This document shows positions 1 through 34,331 of a stretch of 64,000 nt of DNA, piece after piece (positions within the stretch are counted from its first letter, which is position 1; each line of letters starts with the position of its first letter). The position numbers were made by a program, and so were the translations under genes. Under the pieces are notes generated by a model, which saw nothing but the letters and a program-made list of their open reading frames with translations, searched no databases and was not told the DNA's origin. The DNA is from Octopus sinensis (taxonomy: Eukaryota): NCBI RefSeq assembly GCF_006345805.1, contig NC_043023.1:20026001-20090000 (forward strand). The letters run 5' to 3'.

Positions 1-185
1 TAAACTCGTGGGAGAGCTTCCATATAATCACATGACCTTAATACAACAACCAACTCTCCCCACAATAATTTCAATAGCGTTCAAAAACAAGGACCATATA
101 TGCAATTAGAGCTCTTTTATGGGGATCTTTCCAGTTCTGCAAATTTAAGGGTTGCTGTAGTAAGCTATATTTAAAACCGGGGACT

Positions 186-277
186 ACTTTGATAGAGATT
201 AAAGATTGATAAAGATTAAAGATTGATAAAGATTAAAGATTGATAAAGATTAAAGTTTGATAAAGATTAAAGATTTT
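186..277. repeat. 17-bp minisatellite (GATAAAGATTAAAGATT) x about 5
   Basis: Direct inspection. Confidence 0.9.
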
Positions 278-284
278 CACTGAC

Positions 285-22527
<22,243 letters not shown>

Positions 22528-22562
22528 TTAGTTTCATAACACCTGATAATAGTAAGACACGA

Positions 22563-22930
22563 CGGAGTTAGTTAGTTAGTTAGTTAGTTAGTTTTTTGGC
22601 TCAAAAAGCAAAAAGCAAGGCCATGTAGGGAGACATGGAGTTATGTACAGGGTGGTGTTCATGTAAAGAGTTCAGGCCACTTGAGGTCAAGGGAGACTTT
22701 GAACAAAGCAGTCGTCAGCATCTTCACCATCTCGTCTGGCAGCTTGTTCCACGGATCCGCAACCCGGACGGAGAACGCTCCTCTCCTTCGATTGAGATGA
22801 AATCGTCGCAGAGAGAGCTTTTCGGAATGACCCCGCAGCCGACGCTCTGGAGCAGGAGTGAAGAACAGCTCTTTCGAGAGGTTACACTTTCCGCTTATGA
22901 TGCTGTGAGCAAGAATGAGATCACCACGGT
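22563..22930 (-). mobile_element. CR1-clade LINE 3' fragment with (AACT)n tail, ending about 20 nt before the first coding exon acceptor of the minus gene
   Basis: RGDLILAHSIISGKC...RVADPWNKLPDEMVKM; same family as 15730-16572. Confidence 0.87.
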
Positions 22931-23165
22931 TGGCCAATATCCACACTGGTTAATAAATAGGTTGGCATTATAAAATCAAAACTGTTGACAAATGGTATAA
23001 GCATCACCCTGGGCCTGTAACTGAGGGGGAAATGTAACACAAGTACAATTGGGGGTTAGTTTTGAGAACAGTTCCTTACGCACGGGTGTTTCTGAACAAG
23101 TCCATATTTGTATAGAATTTCATGTAGTTTCAGCTCACGAGCTGTGGCCATGCTGGGGCACCGCC

Positions 23166-23208
<43 letters not shown>

Positions 23209-23337
23209 GACGGGCTTCTTTCAGTTTCCGTCTACCAAATCCACTCACAAGACACTTACCCAAGGTGCCACGCAGTGGGACTGAACTCGGAACCATGTGG
23301 TTGGTAAGCAAGCTACTTACCACACAGCCACTCCTAC

Positions 23338-23376
<39 letters not shown>

Positions 23377-24239
23377 CATGGTTGTGTGGTAAGAAGGTTG
23401 TTTACCAACCACATGGTTCAGGGTTCAGTCCCACTGCGTAGCACCTTAGGCAAGTGTCTTCTGCTATAGCCTCGGGCCGACCAAAGTCTTGTGAGTGGAT
23501 TTGGTAGACGGAAACTGAAAGAAGCCTGTCGTATATATGTACATATATATGTGTGTGTTTGTGTGTGTGTGTGTTTGTGTGTCTGTGTTTGTCCCCCTAG
23601 CATTGCTTCACAACAGAGGCTGGTGTGTTTACGTCCCCGTCCATTAGTGGTTCAGCAAAAGAGACCGATAGAATAAGTACTGGGCTTACAAAGAATAAGT
23701 CCCGGGGTCGATTTGCTCGACTAAAGGCGGTGCTCCAGCATGGCCGCAGTCAAATGACTGAAACAAGTAAAAGAGTATATATATATATATACATATATAT
23801 AGGTGTGTGTGTCCGTGTTTGTCCCCCTCCCTACAAAACCCGCTTGACAACCAGTGTTGGTATGTTTACGTCCCCGTCACTTAGAGGTTCAGCAAAAGGG
23901 AACGATACAATATGACAATATCCACCAGGATTTGAAAAAAATATTTAAAAAAAAATTTTTTTTTAAATAACAACATTCGACTAAAACATATCTTCGAAGG
24001 CGGTGCTCCAGCATGACCGCCGCAGTCTAATAACAAAACAAGTATATATATATATGTATGTATATATATATATATATGTATGTATGTATATATATGTATA
24101 TATACATATATATATATATGAATATATATATGCGTGTGTGTATATAAATATATATGTATGTATATATATGTATACATATATATGTATGTATATACATATA
24201 TATATATATGTATGTATATATATATATATATATATATAT

Positions 24240-25464
24240 GGTATGATCTGTCACAAACTGCGTGGTCTCGGCATAGGCGGGAAACTTGGAGAGTGGCTGC
24301 ACAACTTCCTAAAAGACAGAAAACAGGCAGTTGTGAGCAATGGAGCCACCTCCAGGGAAACGCAAATAACAAGCGGTGTCCCACAGGGCACTGTCTTGGG
24401 GCCACTGATGTTCATAGTGGCCCTTTCAGACATGCCTTCAGTTGCTACGATGACCACCCTTGCTAGCTATGCAGATGACACAAAGGTCTCCCACGCAATA
24501 CAGAACCCTGAAAATATTGCGCATCTGCAACATGAGCTGGACACAATATACAGGTGGGCTGAGGACAACAACATGCAGTTTAATGCAGGTAAGTTCCAGG
24601 CCCTGCGCTACTGGCACACAAAGGTAAATGACGTGAAGACTGGATACACTGGCCCAGGAAGAATTGCAATCCCTGAGTCAAAATCAGTGCGTGACCTGGG
24701 CATTGACATGAGCAATGATGCATCTTTCCAAATGCATATTGCTAATCTGGTGATAAAATGCAGACGGCTAGCTGGATGGATTCTCCGAACTTTCAGAACA
24801 AGAGAGAAGGAGACACTGATGGTCCTATGGAAAACATTTGTCCTCAGCCGCTTGGTCACATTTGTCCTCCCAACTTTGGTCACCACACAATATAAAACAA
24901 ACAGCAGAACTCGAAGCAACTCAGAGAAGCTACACAAAGAAAATCGTCTCAATGCAAAATGTCAGCTACTGGGAAAGACTGAAGGTATTAAACCTCTTCT
25001 CCCTGGAGCGGAGGCGGGAGAGATATGCAGTAATATACATCTGGAAAATCCGGGAGGGTCTTATCCCAAACTTTGGCATTCAAAGTTACTCCAACCGCAG
25101 AACGGGGCGCCGCTGCGTGGTGCCAAGGATTCCAACATCACATCAAATACAGGTCCAGATACTGCAACAGCTTGGGTTTCAGAGGACCACAGCTCTTTAA
25201 CATCCTCCCTAAATGCCTGAGAGACTTACATGGTGTGGATGTGGGTTTCTTTAAAACTAAACTGGATCTCTTCTTGTTGGGAGTCCCAGATGAACCTACC
25301 TCACGACAGGAGACACGGATGCGAGCAGCAGCATCGAACTCCCTTGTTGATCAAGTGCCACGTATCAGAGGTGGATTCACAAACTTAGTGTAGCTCATTC
25401 AGCGGTGGTGCCCCAGCATGGCCGCGGCCTTCGGGCTAAAACATTTTTAAGGATTTAAGGATTT
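24240..25464 (+). mobile_element. 5'-truncated CR1-clade LINE with reverse transcriptase domain, frameshifted
   Basis: [14 protein letters not shown]...SYADDTK RT motifs. The frame shifts near 24850 into the C-terminal region ([20 protein letters not shown]). 3' tail TTTAAGGATTTAAGGA. Confidence 0.92.
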
Positions 25465-25480
25465 ATATATATATATATAC

Positions 25481-25530
<50 letters not shown>

Positions 25531-25536
25531 GTATAC

Positions 25537-25568
<32 letters not shown>

Positions 25569-25868
25569 GTATGTATGTATATACATACATATATACATGT
25601 AAATAAAGAAAATTCAGTATCTTACCACAATAGAACAAACGCACTGATATATATATTTATATATATATATATATATACGTGCATATATACATGGATATAT
25701 ATATACACACATATGTATGTATGTATGTATATTATGTATGTATGTATATAAGTATGTATGTATGTATGTATATAAGTATGTATGTATGTATGTATATAAG
25801 TATGTATGTATATAGGTATGTACGTATGTATATATATATATTTTTGCGTCAATGTATGTATATATATG

Positions 25869-25899
<31 letters not shown>

Positions 25900-26454
25900 G
25901 AATCTGTGTGTATTGTTGACTCCAAAATATATCTTATGTTCCTTCCTTCGCAGCAGCAACAGAATTATGAGAATTTCAGCAAATCTACCATCTTATACAG
26001 TATAACACATGATATATATCCAACATAGCATATCATATGTCATATCACATCATATCCTATATCACATAATAGAGGATAATGCATCACACAGGTCAGTGCA
26101 TCACAATGGCGATCTTTCAGACGACCAGACGATCTTTTCATCAAGGAACGGCACCACCTTGTCTTATAACAAGATTATCAAGTTTCCTAGACACCCTCTT
26201 CTATAAATAATTGATTGAATTATTTAGATGGAAGAACGGGCTATAATTTCTCTTGAATTTCGAAGGCGGTAATGAAGAGTATAAGCTGTAAAATGTTAAA
26301 GAGTCTCAACAAGTTTGGAAGAGAGAGAGCAGACATGTTATTTTATTTTATTTATTTATTTTTTATTTATTTTATTTGGGGGGGGGGGGAGATGGCGCTC
26401 AGGGCGCATGCGTCGTAACTAGGGGCAACTGTGGTAAACATTTCTAACACGCTC

Positions 26455-27815
26455 ACACACACACATACATATACACACGCACGCACACATGGACGCATAG
26501 AGAAACATAGTTAACACACACACACACATACATATACACACATATACATACATATACACATACATATACACATACATATACACACATATACATACATATA
26601 CACACATACATATACACACATACATATACACACATACATATACACACGCACGCACACATGGACGCATAGAGAAACATATAGTTAACACACCACACACACA
26701 CACACATACATATACACACATATACATACATATACACATACATATACACATACACACATATACATACATATACACACATACATATACACACACGCACACA
26801 TGGACGCATAGAGAAACATATAGTTAACACACACACGCACACATACATATACACACATATACATACATATACACATACATATACACATATACATACTTAT
26901 ACACACATACATATACACACATACATATACACATACATATACACACATATACATACATATACACATACATATACACACATATACATACATATACACACAT
27001 ACATATACACACATACATATACACACATACATATACACACGCACGCACACATGGACGCATAGAGAAACATAGGTAACACACACACATACATATACACACG
27101 CACGCACACATGGACGCATAGAGAAACATATAGTTAACACACATACACACACATGCATATACACACGCACGCACACATGGACGCATAGAGAAACATAGTA
27201 AACACACACACGGACGAACGCACACACATGGTCACACGCCGCCCTACCTCTCCACACAACCGCACGCACACAGACACGCACACAATCACACACACACATA
27301 CACACGCACGAACGCACGTTCAGATGTACACATATTCATGCACACATACACAAGTACGCGCGTGCTCACACACACACACACACGCGCACACATACATACG
27401 TACACATACATAGACATAGTCACTGCCCTACCTATCCACACAACCGCACACAGACACGCACACAATCACACACACATACACACGCATGAACGCACGTTCA
27501 GATGCACACATACACAAGTACGCGCGTGCTCACACACACACACATACATACGTACACATACATAGGCATAGACACCAACCATCCACCTCCTCTGCACATA
27601 CACGGACGAACGCATACATACACAGATGCAGCTATTAACCTCCCTCGCCCACACACGTACATGTAACCAAACACATACATACAAAGTTGCATAGACATAC
27701 GTAGATATGTCCACACACACACACACACACACACACGTGGATACACACAGACGCTAAACACGCGCACAAACACTTAAACATACACGCACACAAGCATATA
27801 CATACACACACACAC
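26455..27815. repeat. Compound (CA/TACA)n microsatellite with recurring GCACACATGGACGCATAGAGAAAC interruptions
   Basis: The interruption occurs about six times between 26475 and 27200. Confidence 0.95.
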
Positions 27816-28809
27816 ACACACATAAGCATGCGTGCGCACGCGCTCGCGGACAAACGCAGAACAGACACACACACCACACACACACCAGAAATTAGCATAC
27901 ATACGTATAGATACTTAACTACATGCACACACACAAACACACACACATACACACACACACACACACACATATATAATATATGCGCGTTGGAAGAGAAAGG
28001 GAAGAAAAGGGAGGATCGAGAGAGAGGGGGGCGAGGGAGAAATTGAGGACAAGAAAGAGAAGGTCGATGTGTTGGAGGAGGAGGGTTGCGAAAGAGAAAG
28101 AGAAAGAAAAGGGACGAGAGGAGTAGGAGGAAATAGGAGGAAGAGTAGAAGGAGAAAGTAATGAGCAATGGCTGTATGTGTATGTATATGTATATACACA
28201 CATATTATTATATTTCTTTATTGCCCACAAGGGGCTAAACATAAAGGGGACAAACAAGGGCGAAGGGATTAAGTCGATTGCATCGACCCCTGTGCGTAAC
28301 TGGTACTTTGTTTATCGACCCCGAAAGGATAAAAAATGAAGTCGACCCCGGCCGAATTTGAACTCAGAACGTAACGATAAGCATTTCGCCCGGCGCGCTA
28401 ACGCTTCTGCCAGCTCGCCGGCTTAAATAATAACATGTGTGTATATACATATACATACACATACGGTAACTAATAGCAACCATTGCTCATTACTTTCTCC
28501 TTCTACTCTTCCTCCTATTTCCTCCTACTCCTCCCTTTCCTTTTCTTTCTCTTTTGCAACCCTCCACCTCCAATACATCGACCTTCTCTTTCTTTCCCCC
28601 AATTTCTCCCTCGCTCCCCCCTCTCTCTCTCTCTCTCTCTATCCTCCCTTTTCTTCCCTTTCTCTTTCGCAACCCTCCACCTCCAATACATCAACCTTCT
28701 CTTTCTTTCCCTCAATTTCTCCCTCGCTCCTTCCTCTCTCTCTGTCGATCCTCCCTTTTCTTCCCTTTCTCTTTCCCCCCTCCTTCTCCAACCCCGGTCT
28801 CCACATTAC

Positions 28810-29035
28810 CTCCTGCTCAACCCTCTTGCTACTATGACAACCGGCCAGCCGGCGCGCCAACGAGCTCGCGACCCACGACACAGAGAAGACCCAATATCTG
28901 TGTGCTGCGATCGAACGTGGACCGTTTGGGTCCGTTAATGACGAGGAACGAGTTCTGTTGGCGTTTGCAGAGCAACAATTGTTGGCTGTTTGTGTTGTGA
29001 ATATTTTGTGTGGAGGCATTTCTAGGTAAGACCAG
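28810..29035. promoter_or_regulatory. Putative compact bidirectional promoter with non-coding first exons of both genes and an RFX X-box-like site at 28828-28841
   Basis: CpG-rich patch (CCGGCCAGCCGGCGCGCC...GCTCGCGA) in AT-rich DNA. It is bounded by a minus-strand donor GAG|GTAATG (28810/28809) and plus-strand donors TAG|GTAAG (29025) and CAG|GTGAG (29035). The minus strand reads GTTGTCATAGTAGC versus the X-box GTTGCCATGGCAAC. TSS positions are not determined. Confidence 0.62.
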
Positions 29036-29043
29036 GTGAGGCA

Positions 29044-29065
29044 TTATACATACGTGTGTGTGTGT

Positions 29066-29113
<48 letters not shown>

Positions 29114-29348
29114 ATATATATATACATTTGTATGAGTGTATATGTGTGTTTGTGTATATATATATATATTATATATATATATATATTTGTATGTGTATAT
29201 ATATATACACACATTTGTGTGTGTTTATATTTATATATATATATATATATATACACACATTTGTATGTGTGTGTGTTTATATATATATATATATACATTT
29301 GTATGTGTGTATATATATATATATACACACATTTATATGAGTGTATGT

Positions 29349-29392
<44 letters not shown>

Positions 29393-29669
29393 ACGTGTGT
29401 TTATATGTATATATATATTTGTATGTGTGTGTTTATATATATATATTTGTATATATATGTGTGCACATGTCTATGCGTGTGTATACGTGTGTATATATAT
29501 ATCTGTATGTGTGCGTATGGTATGCATAAATGTAATGTGTGTATATTTATATATATAAAGGATATGTGTATGTGAGTAATATATACATACATGTATGTAT
29601 GTGTGTGTATATATATATTCTTTTGTAAGTTTCAGCCTTGAGGCTGTGGCCATACTGCAGCACTGCCAG

Positions 29670-29705
<36 letters not shown>
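29044..29705. repeat. Compound (TA/TG)n microsatellite at the start of RSPH14 intron 1
   Basis: Direct inspection. Confidence 0.97.
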
Positions 29706-29707
<2 letters not shown>

Positions 29708-31456
29708 GGTCCCGGGTTGATTCGGGGTTAACCACAGTAAATAAGGTACTCAATACATAGCAGAGTAAAATTAATTATATAATAAATATATATATATATA
29801 TATATATTACAGGTTGTTTTAACCTCCTGAAGGGATGGTTTCATCCAAAGAAATACTGGTTCTATATGTAGTATTTTGGGGGGGAATTAATTTCCTTAAA
29901 ATAATAGGTATATATAGGTAAGATGAAGACAGGTGGTGTAGAAAACAAACAGATGTACTAGTATAACGCTCAGCAAGTCTTATATGTATGTAAGTACTAG
30001 GCGCAGGAGTGGCTGTGTGGTAAGTAGCTTGCTAGCCAACCACATGGTTCCGGGTTCAGTCCCACTGCGTGGCACCTTGGGCAAGTGTCTTCTGCTATAG
30101 CCCCGGGCCGACCAATGCCTTGTGAGTGGATTTGGTAGACGGAAACTGAAAGAAGCCTGTCGTATATATGTATATATATGTATGTATGTATGTGTGTTTG
30201 TGTGTCTGTTTGTCCCCCTAGCATTGCTTGACAACCGATGCTGGTGTGTTTACGTCCCCGTCCATTAGCGGTTCGGAAAAAAAGAGACCGATAAAATAAG
30301 TACTGGGCTTACAAAGAATAAGTCCCAGGGTCGATTTGCTCGAATAAAGGCGGTGCTCCAGCATGGCCGCAATCAAATGACTGAAACATGTAAAAGAGTA
30401 AAGAGTATATATATAAATGTATATATGCATTTATTTATATTTTATTTATATTATTATATGATCATCGTTTAACGTCCGTTTTCCATGCTAGCATGGGTTG
30501 GACGGTTCAGCTGGGGTCTGGGAAGCCAGGAGGCTGCACCAGGCTCCAGTCTGATCTGGCAGTGTTTCTACAGCTGGATGCCCTTCCTAACGCCAACCAC
30601 TCCGTGAGTGTAAAGGGTGCTTTTTATGTGCCACCTGCACAGGTGCCAGGCGAGGCTGGCAACGGCCACGGTCGGATTGGTGCTTTTTACAGGCCACCGG
30701 CACAGGGATCACAACTACAATTTCGATTGATCTTTTTTCATTTTGATGTTGATCTATTTCACTCAATAGGTCTCCTCAAGCACAGCAGGTCACCCTACAA
30801 TCCAAGGGTATATATAATATATATATATATACATATACATAGGCGCGGGAGTGGCTGTGTGGTAAGTAGCTTGCTTACCAACTACATGGTTCCAGGTTCA
30901 GTCCCACTGCGTGGCATCTTGGGTAAGTATCTTCTGCTATAGCCCCGGGCCAACCAATGCCTTGTGAGTGGATTTGGTAGACGGAAACTGAAAGAAGCTT
31001 GTCGTATATATGTATATGTATATATATATGCGTGTGTGTGTTTGTGTGTCTGTGTTTGTCCCCCTAGCATTGCTTGACAACCGATGGTGGTGTGTTTACG
31101 TCCCCGTCACTTAGCGGTTCGGCAAAAGGGACCGATAGAATAAGTACTGGGCTTACAAAGAATAAGTCCTGGGGTCGATTTGCTAGACTAAAGGCGGTGC
31201 TCCAGCATGGCCGCAGTCAAATGACTGAAACAAGTAAAAGAGTAGAAGAGTAAAGATATATATATATATATATAGATACACATACATAGGTATATGCGTA
31301 TATATTATATATACACACACACACACACGTATATATATATATATATAATATATATATATATATAACAATATATATATATATATACATATTCTTGTGTATG
31401 TGTACTTTGATTCTATTTTATATTGCATTTTATATCTTCATAATTGTTCTTTATAA

Positions 31457-31582
31457 TCTCTGACGAGGCCTTGGCATATATTTATATAAGTAACTCATTT
31501 TTATGTGCATATTACCTCAATACATATGACTAATATAGGCACAATGAGATACCTTTATCTACAGGCTGAAACAGCTGTAAGA
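31457..31582 (+). ncRNA. Minimal hammerhead ribozyme-like motif in RSPH14 intron 1
   Basis: UCU-CUGACGA-GGCCU...(91 nt)...AGGCU-GAAA, palindromic stem III ACAGCUGU, GUA triplet, AGA. Stem I is only 3 bp. Confidence 0.4.
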
Positions 31583-31869
31583 GCCATTTTATATGTATTA
31601 TTTTTATGGTATTATCTTACTTATTGATGTATATTGTTTGATTCTGTTTTATTCTGTTGGATTTTAATTAATAAATTATGTGAATTGGTATTATCTGTAA
31701 GTTGATGATTGAAAGGAATCTTTTCCTCCATTTTCTTATGTTGTATATTTGTATACAATTACAGTTCAGACAAAAAAAAGAAGAAAAGCAAAGACAGAGA
31801 GAAGGGAGAAAGCAAGAAACCTTAAAGTAAACAAAAATAAAAGATACAAACAAAGAAAACAAAAGTACA

Positions 31870-31962
31870 ATGGGTTCCACCAAAATATCTTGTAACCCCC
31901 CACCTCTGATCGATCCAACAAGGGCCACCATTGCTTTTGGAGACAGAGCATTGCCCAGGCTG
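31870..31962 (+). CDS. RSPH14: RSPH14 first coding exon ([31 protein letters not shown])
   Basis: ATG at 31870, donor CTG|GTAAGT at 31962/31963, phase 0. Candidate acceptors at 31764 or 31769 precede a purine-rich 5' UTR. Confidence 0.9.
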
Positions 31963-34300
31963 GTAAGTCAGGAATTAAGAACCATTTAACCCTTTTGTTA
32001 CCATATTTCTGTTGAGATGCTCTGTGTTTCTTTCAATTAATTTTAAATATAAGAAAGAATTTAGTCAAATAATTTGGTTACCATTCAGTTAGTGTTAGGA
32101 ACATAAATTGTGACTAAGGTTTCGTGGAAGATTTTAATTCAAAACTTATGAAAACAAGACATTTGTACTACAGAGCCAGAGGTGGTTTCAGCTGGGTTGG
32201 TATCAAAAGGGTTAAGAATTGTTTCTCTATTATATATTTTAACCCTTTTGTTACCATATTTCTGTTGAGATGCTCTGTGTTTCTTTCAATTAATTTTAAA
32301 TATAAGAAAGAATTTAGTCAAATAATTTGGTTACATTCAGTTAGTGTTAGGACATAAATTGTGACTAAGGTTTCATGGAAGATTAATTCAAAACTTATTG
32401 AAAACAAGAAATTTGTACTACAGAGCCAGAGGTGGTTTCAGCTGGGTTGGTATCAAAAGGGTTAAGAATTGTTTCTCTATTAATATTTTAACCCTTTTGT
32501 TACCATATTTCTGTTGAGATGCTCTGTGTTCTTTCATTAATTTTAAATATAAGAAAGAATTTAGTCAAATAATTTGGTTACCATTCAGTTGTGTTAGGAA
32601 CATAAATTGTGACTAAGGTTTCGTGGAAGATTTTAATTCAAAACTTATGAAAACAAGACATTTTGTACTAAAGAGCCAGAGGTGGTTTCAGCTGGGTTGG
32701 TATCAAAAGGGTTAAGAATTGTTTCTCTATTATATATTTTAAACCTTTTGTTACCATATTTCTGTTGAGATGCTCTGTGTTTCTTTCAATTAATTTTAAA
32801 TATAAGAAAGAATTTAGTCAAATAATTTGGTTACCATTCAGTTAGTGTTAGGAACATAAATTGTGACTAAGGTTTCGTGGAAGATTTTAATTCAAAACTT
32901 ATGAAAACAAGAATTTGTACTACAGAGCCAGAGGTGGTTTCAGCTGGTTGGTATTCAAAAGGGTTAAGAATTGTTTCTCTATTATATATTTTAACCCTTT
33001 GTTACCAATTCTGTTGAGATGCTAAAATAAATGTGTTTTCGTTCAATTATTTAACTATACGAAAGAAGTTAGTAAAATAACTTATTATTCATTCAGCTAG
33101 TGTTAGGAACATAATTGGTGACTAGGTTTGGTGGAAGATTTTAATTCAGACTTATGAAAACAAGAACATTTGTATTACAGAGCCAGAGGTGGTTTCAGCC
33201 GGGTTGGCATCAAAAGGGTTAAGAATTGTTTCTCTATTATATATTTTAACCCTTTTGTTACCATATTTCTGCTGAGATGTTCTGTGTTTCTTTCAATTAA
33301 TTTTAAATATAACAAAGAATTTAGTAAAATAACTTGGTTATCATTCAGCATTAAATAGAAGCAATTATAGGGTTGTCAAACACCTGGACCAGGTGATGGG
33401 AATTACAGAGAGAGTCGTAGCCCAATTAATCAGGAGCAGAATTAGGCTAGATCCAAAAATGCTGTTTGGTTTTGTCTGGGAAAAGAAGCATTACTGACAC
33501 TGTTTTCAACATAAGTATTTAAAATTGCAGTTGTGATACCTGTGCCGGGGGCACGTAAAAAGCACCATTCGAACATGGCCGATGCCAGCGCCGCCTTGAC
33601 TGGCTTCCATGCCAGTGGCGCGTAAAAAGCACCATCCGAATGTGGCCGATGCCAGTGCCGCCTCGACTGGCTTCTGTGCTGGTGGAACGTAAAAAGCACC
33701 ATCCGAACGTGGCCAATGCCAGCACTGCCTCGACTGGCTTCCGTGCCGGTGGCATGTTAAAAGCACCAACCGATCGTGGCCGATGCCAGACCCCCCTGGC
33801 ACCTGTGCAGGTGGCACGTAAAAAGCACCATCCGATTGTGGCCGTCTGCCAACCTCACTTGGCCCCTGTGCCGGTGGCACGTAAATAGCACCATCCGAAT
33901 GTGGCCAATGCCAGTGCCGCCTTGACTGGCTTCTGTGCCGTTGGCACGTAAATAGCACCATCCGAATCGTGGCCGCTTCCAGCCTCGCCTGGCCCCTGTG
34001 CCGGTGGTACGTAAAAAGCACCATCCAAACGTGGCCAATGCCAGTGCCGCCTTGACTGGCTTCTGTGCTGGTGGCACATAAAAAGCACTATCCGAATCGT
34101 GGCCCTACCAGCCTCGCCTGGCCCCTGTGCCAGGGGCACGTAAAAAGCACCCACTACACTCACGGAGTGGTTGGCGTTAGGAAGGGCATCCAGCTGTAGA
34201 AACACTGCCAGATCAGACTGGAGCCTGGTGCAGCCTCCTGGCTTCCCAGACCCCAGTTGAACCATCCAACCCGTGCCAGCATGGAAAGTAGACGTTAAAC

Positions 34301-34331
<31 letters not shown>

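Noticed and set aside
71-164. Possible terminal exon of the minus gene (SLLQQPLNLQNWKDPHKRALIAYMVLVFERY*)
   Set aside because: It is phase-compatible but has a weak acceptor and no homology support, so it is not called. The true end may be outside the window.
24003-25220. 405-aa ORF as a host gene
   Set aside because: It is a (TA)n tract fused in frame to a 5'-truncated LINE RT that frameshifts near 24850.
32330-33130. Single-base indels among tandem copies (also 13850-14330, 37930-38480, 53390-53460, 55300-55500) as biological divergence
   Set aside because: The clustered 1-nt indel pattern is equally consistent with unpolished long-read error and cannot be interpreted without reads.
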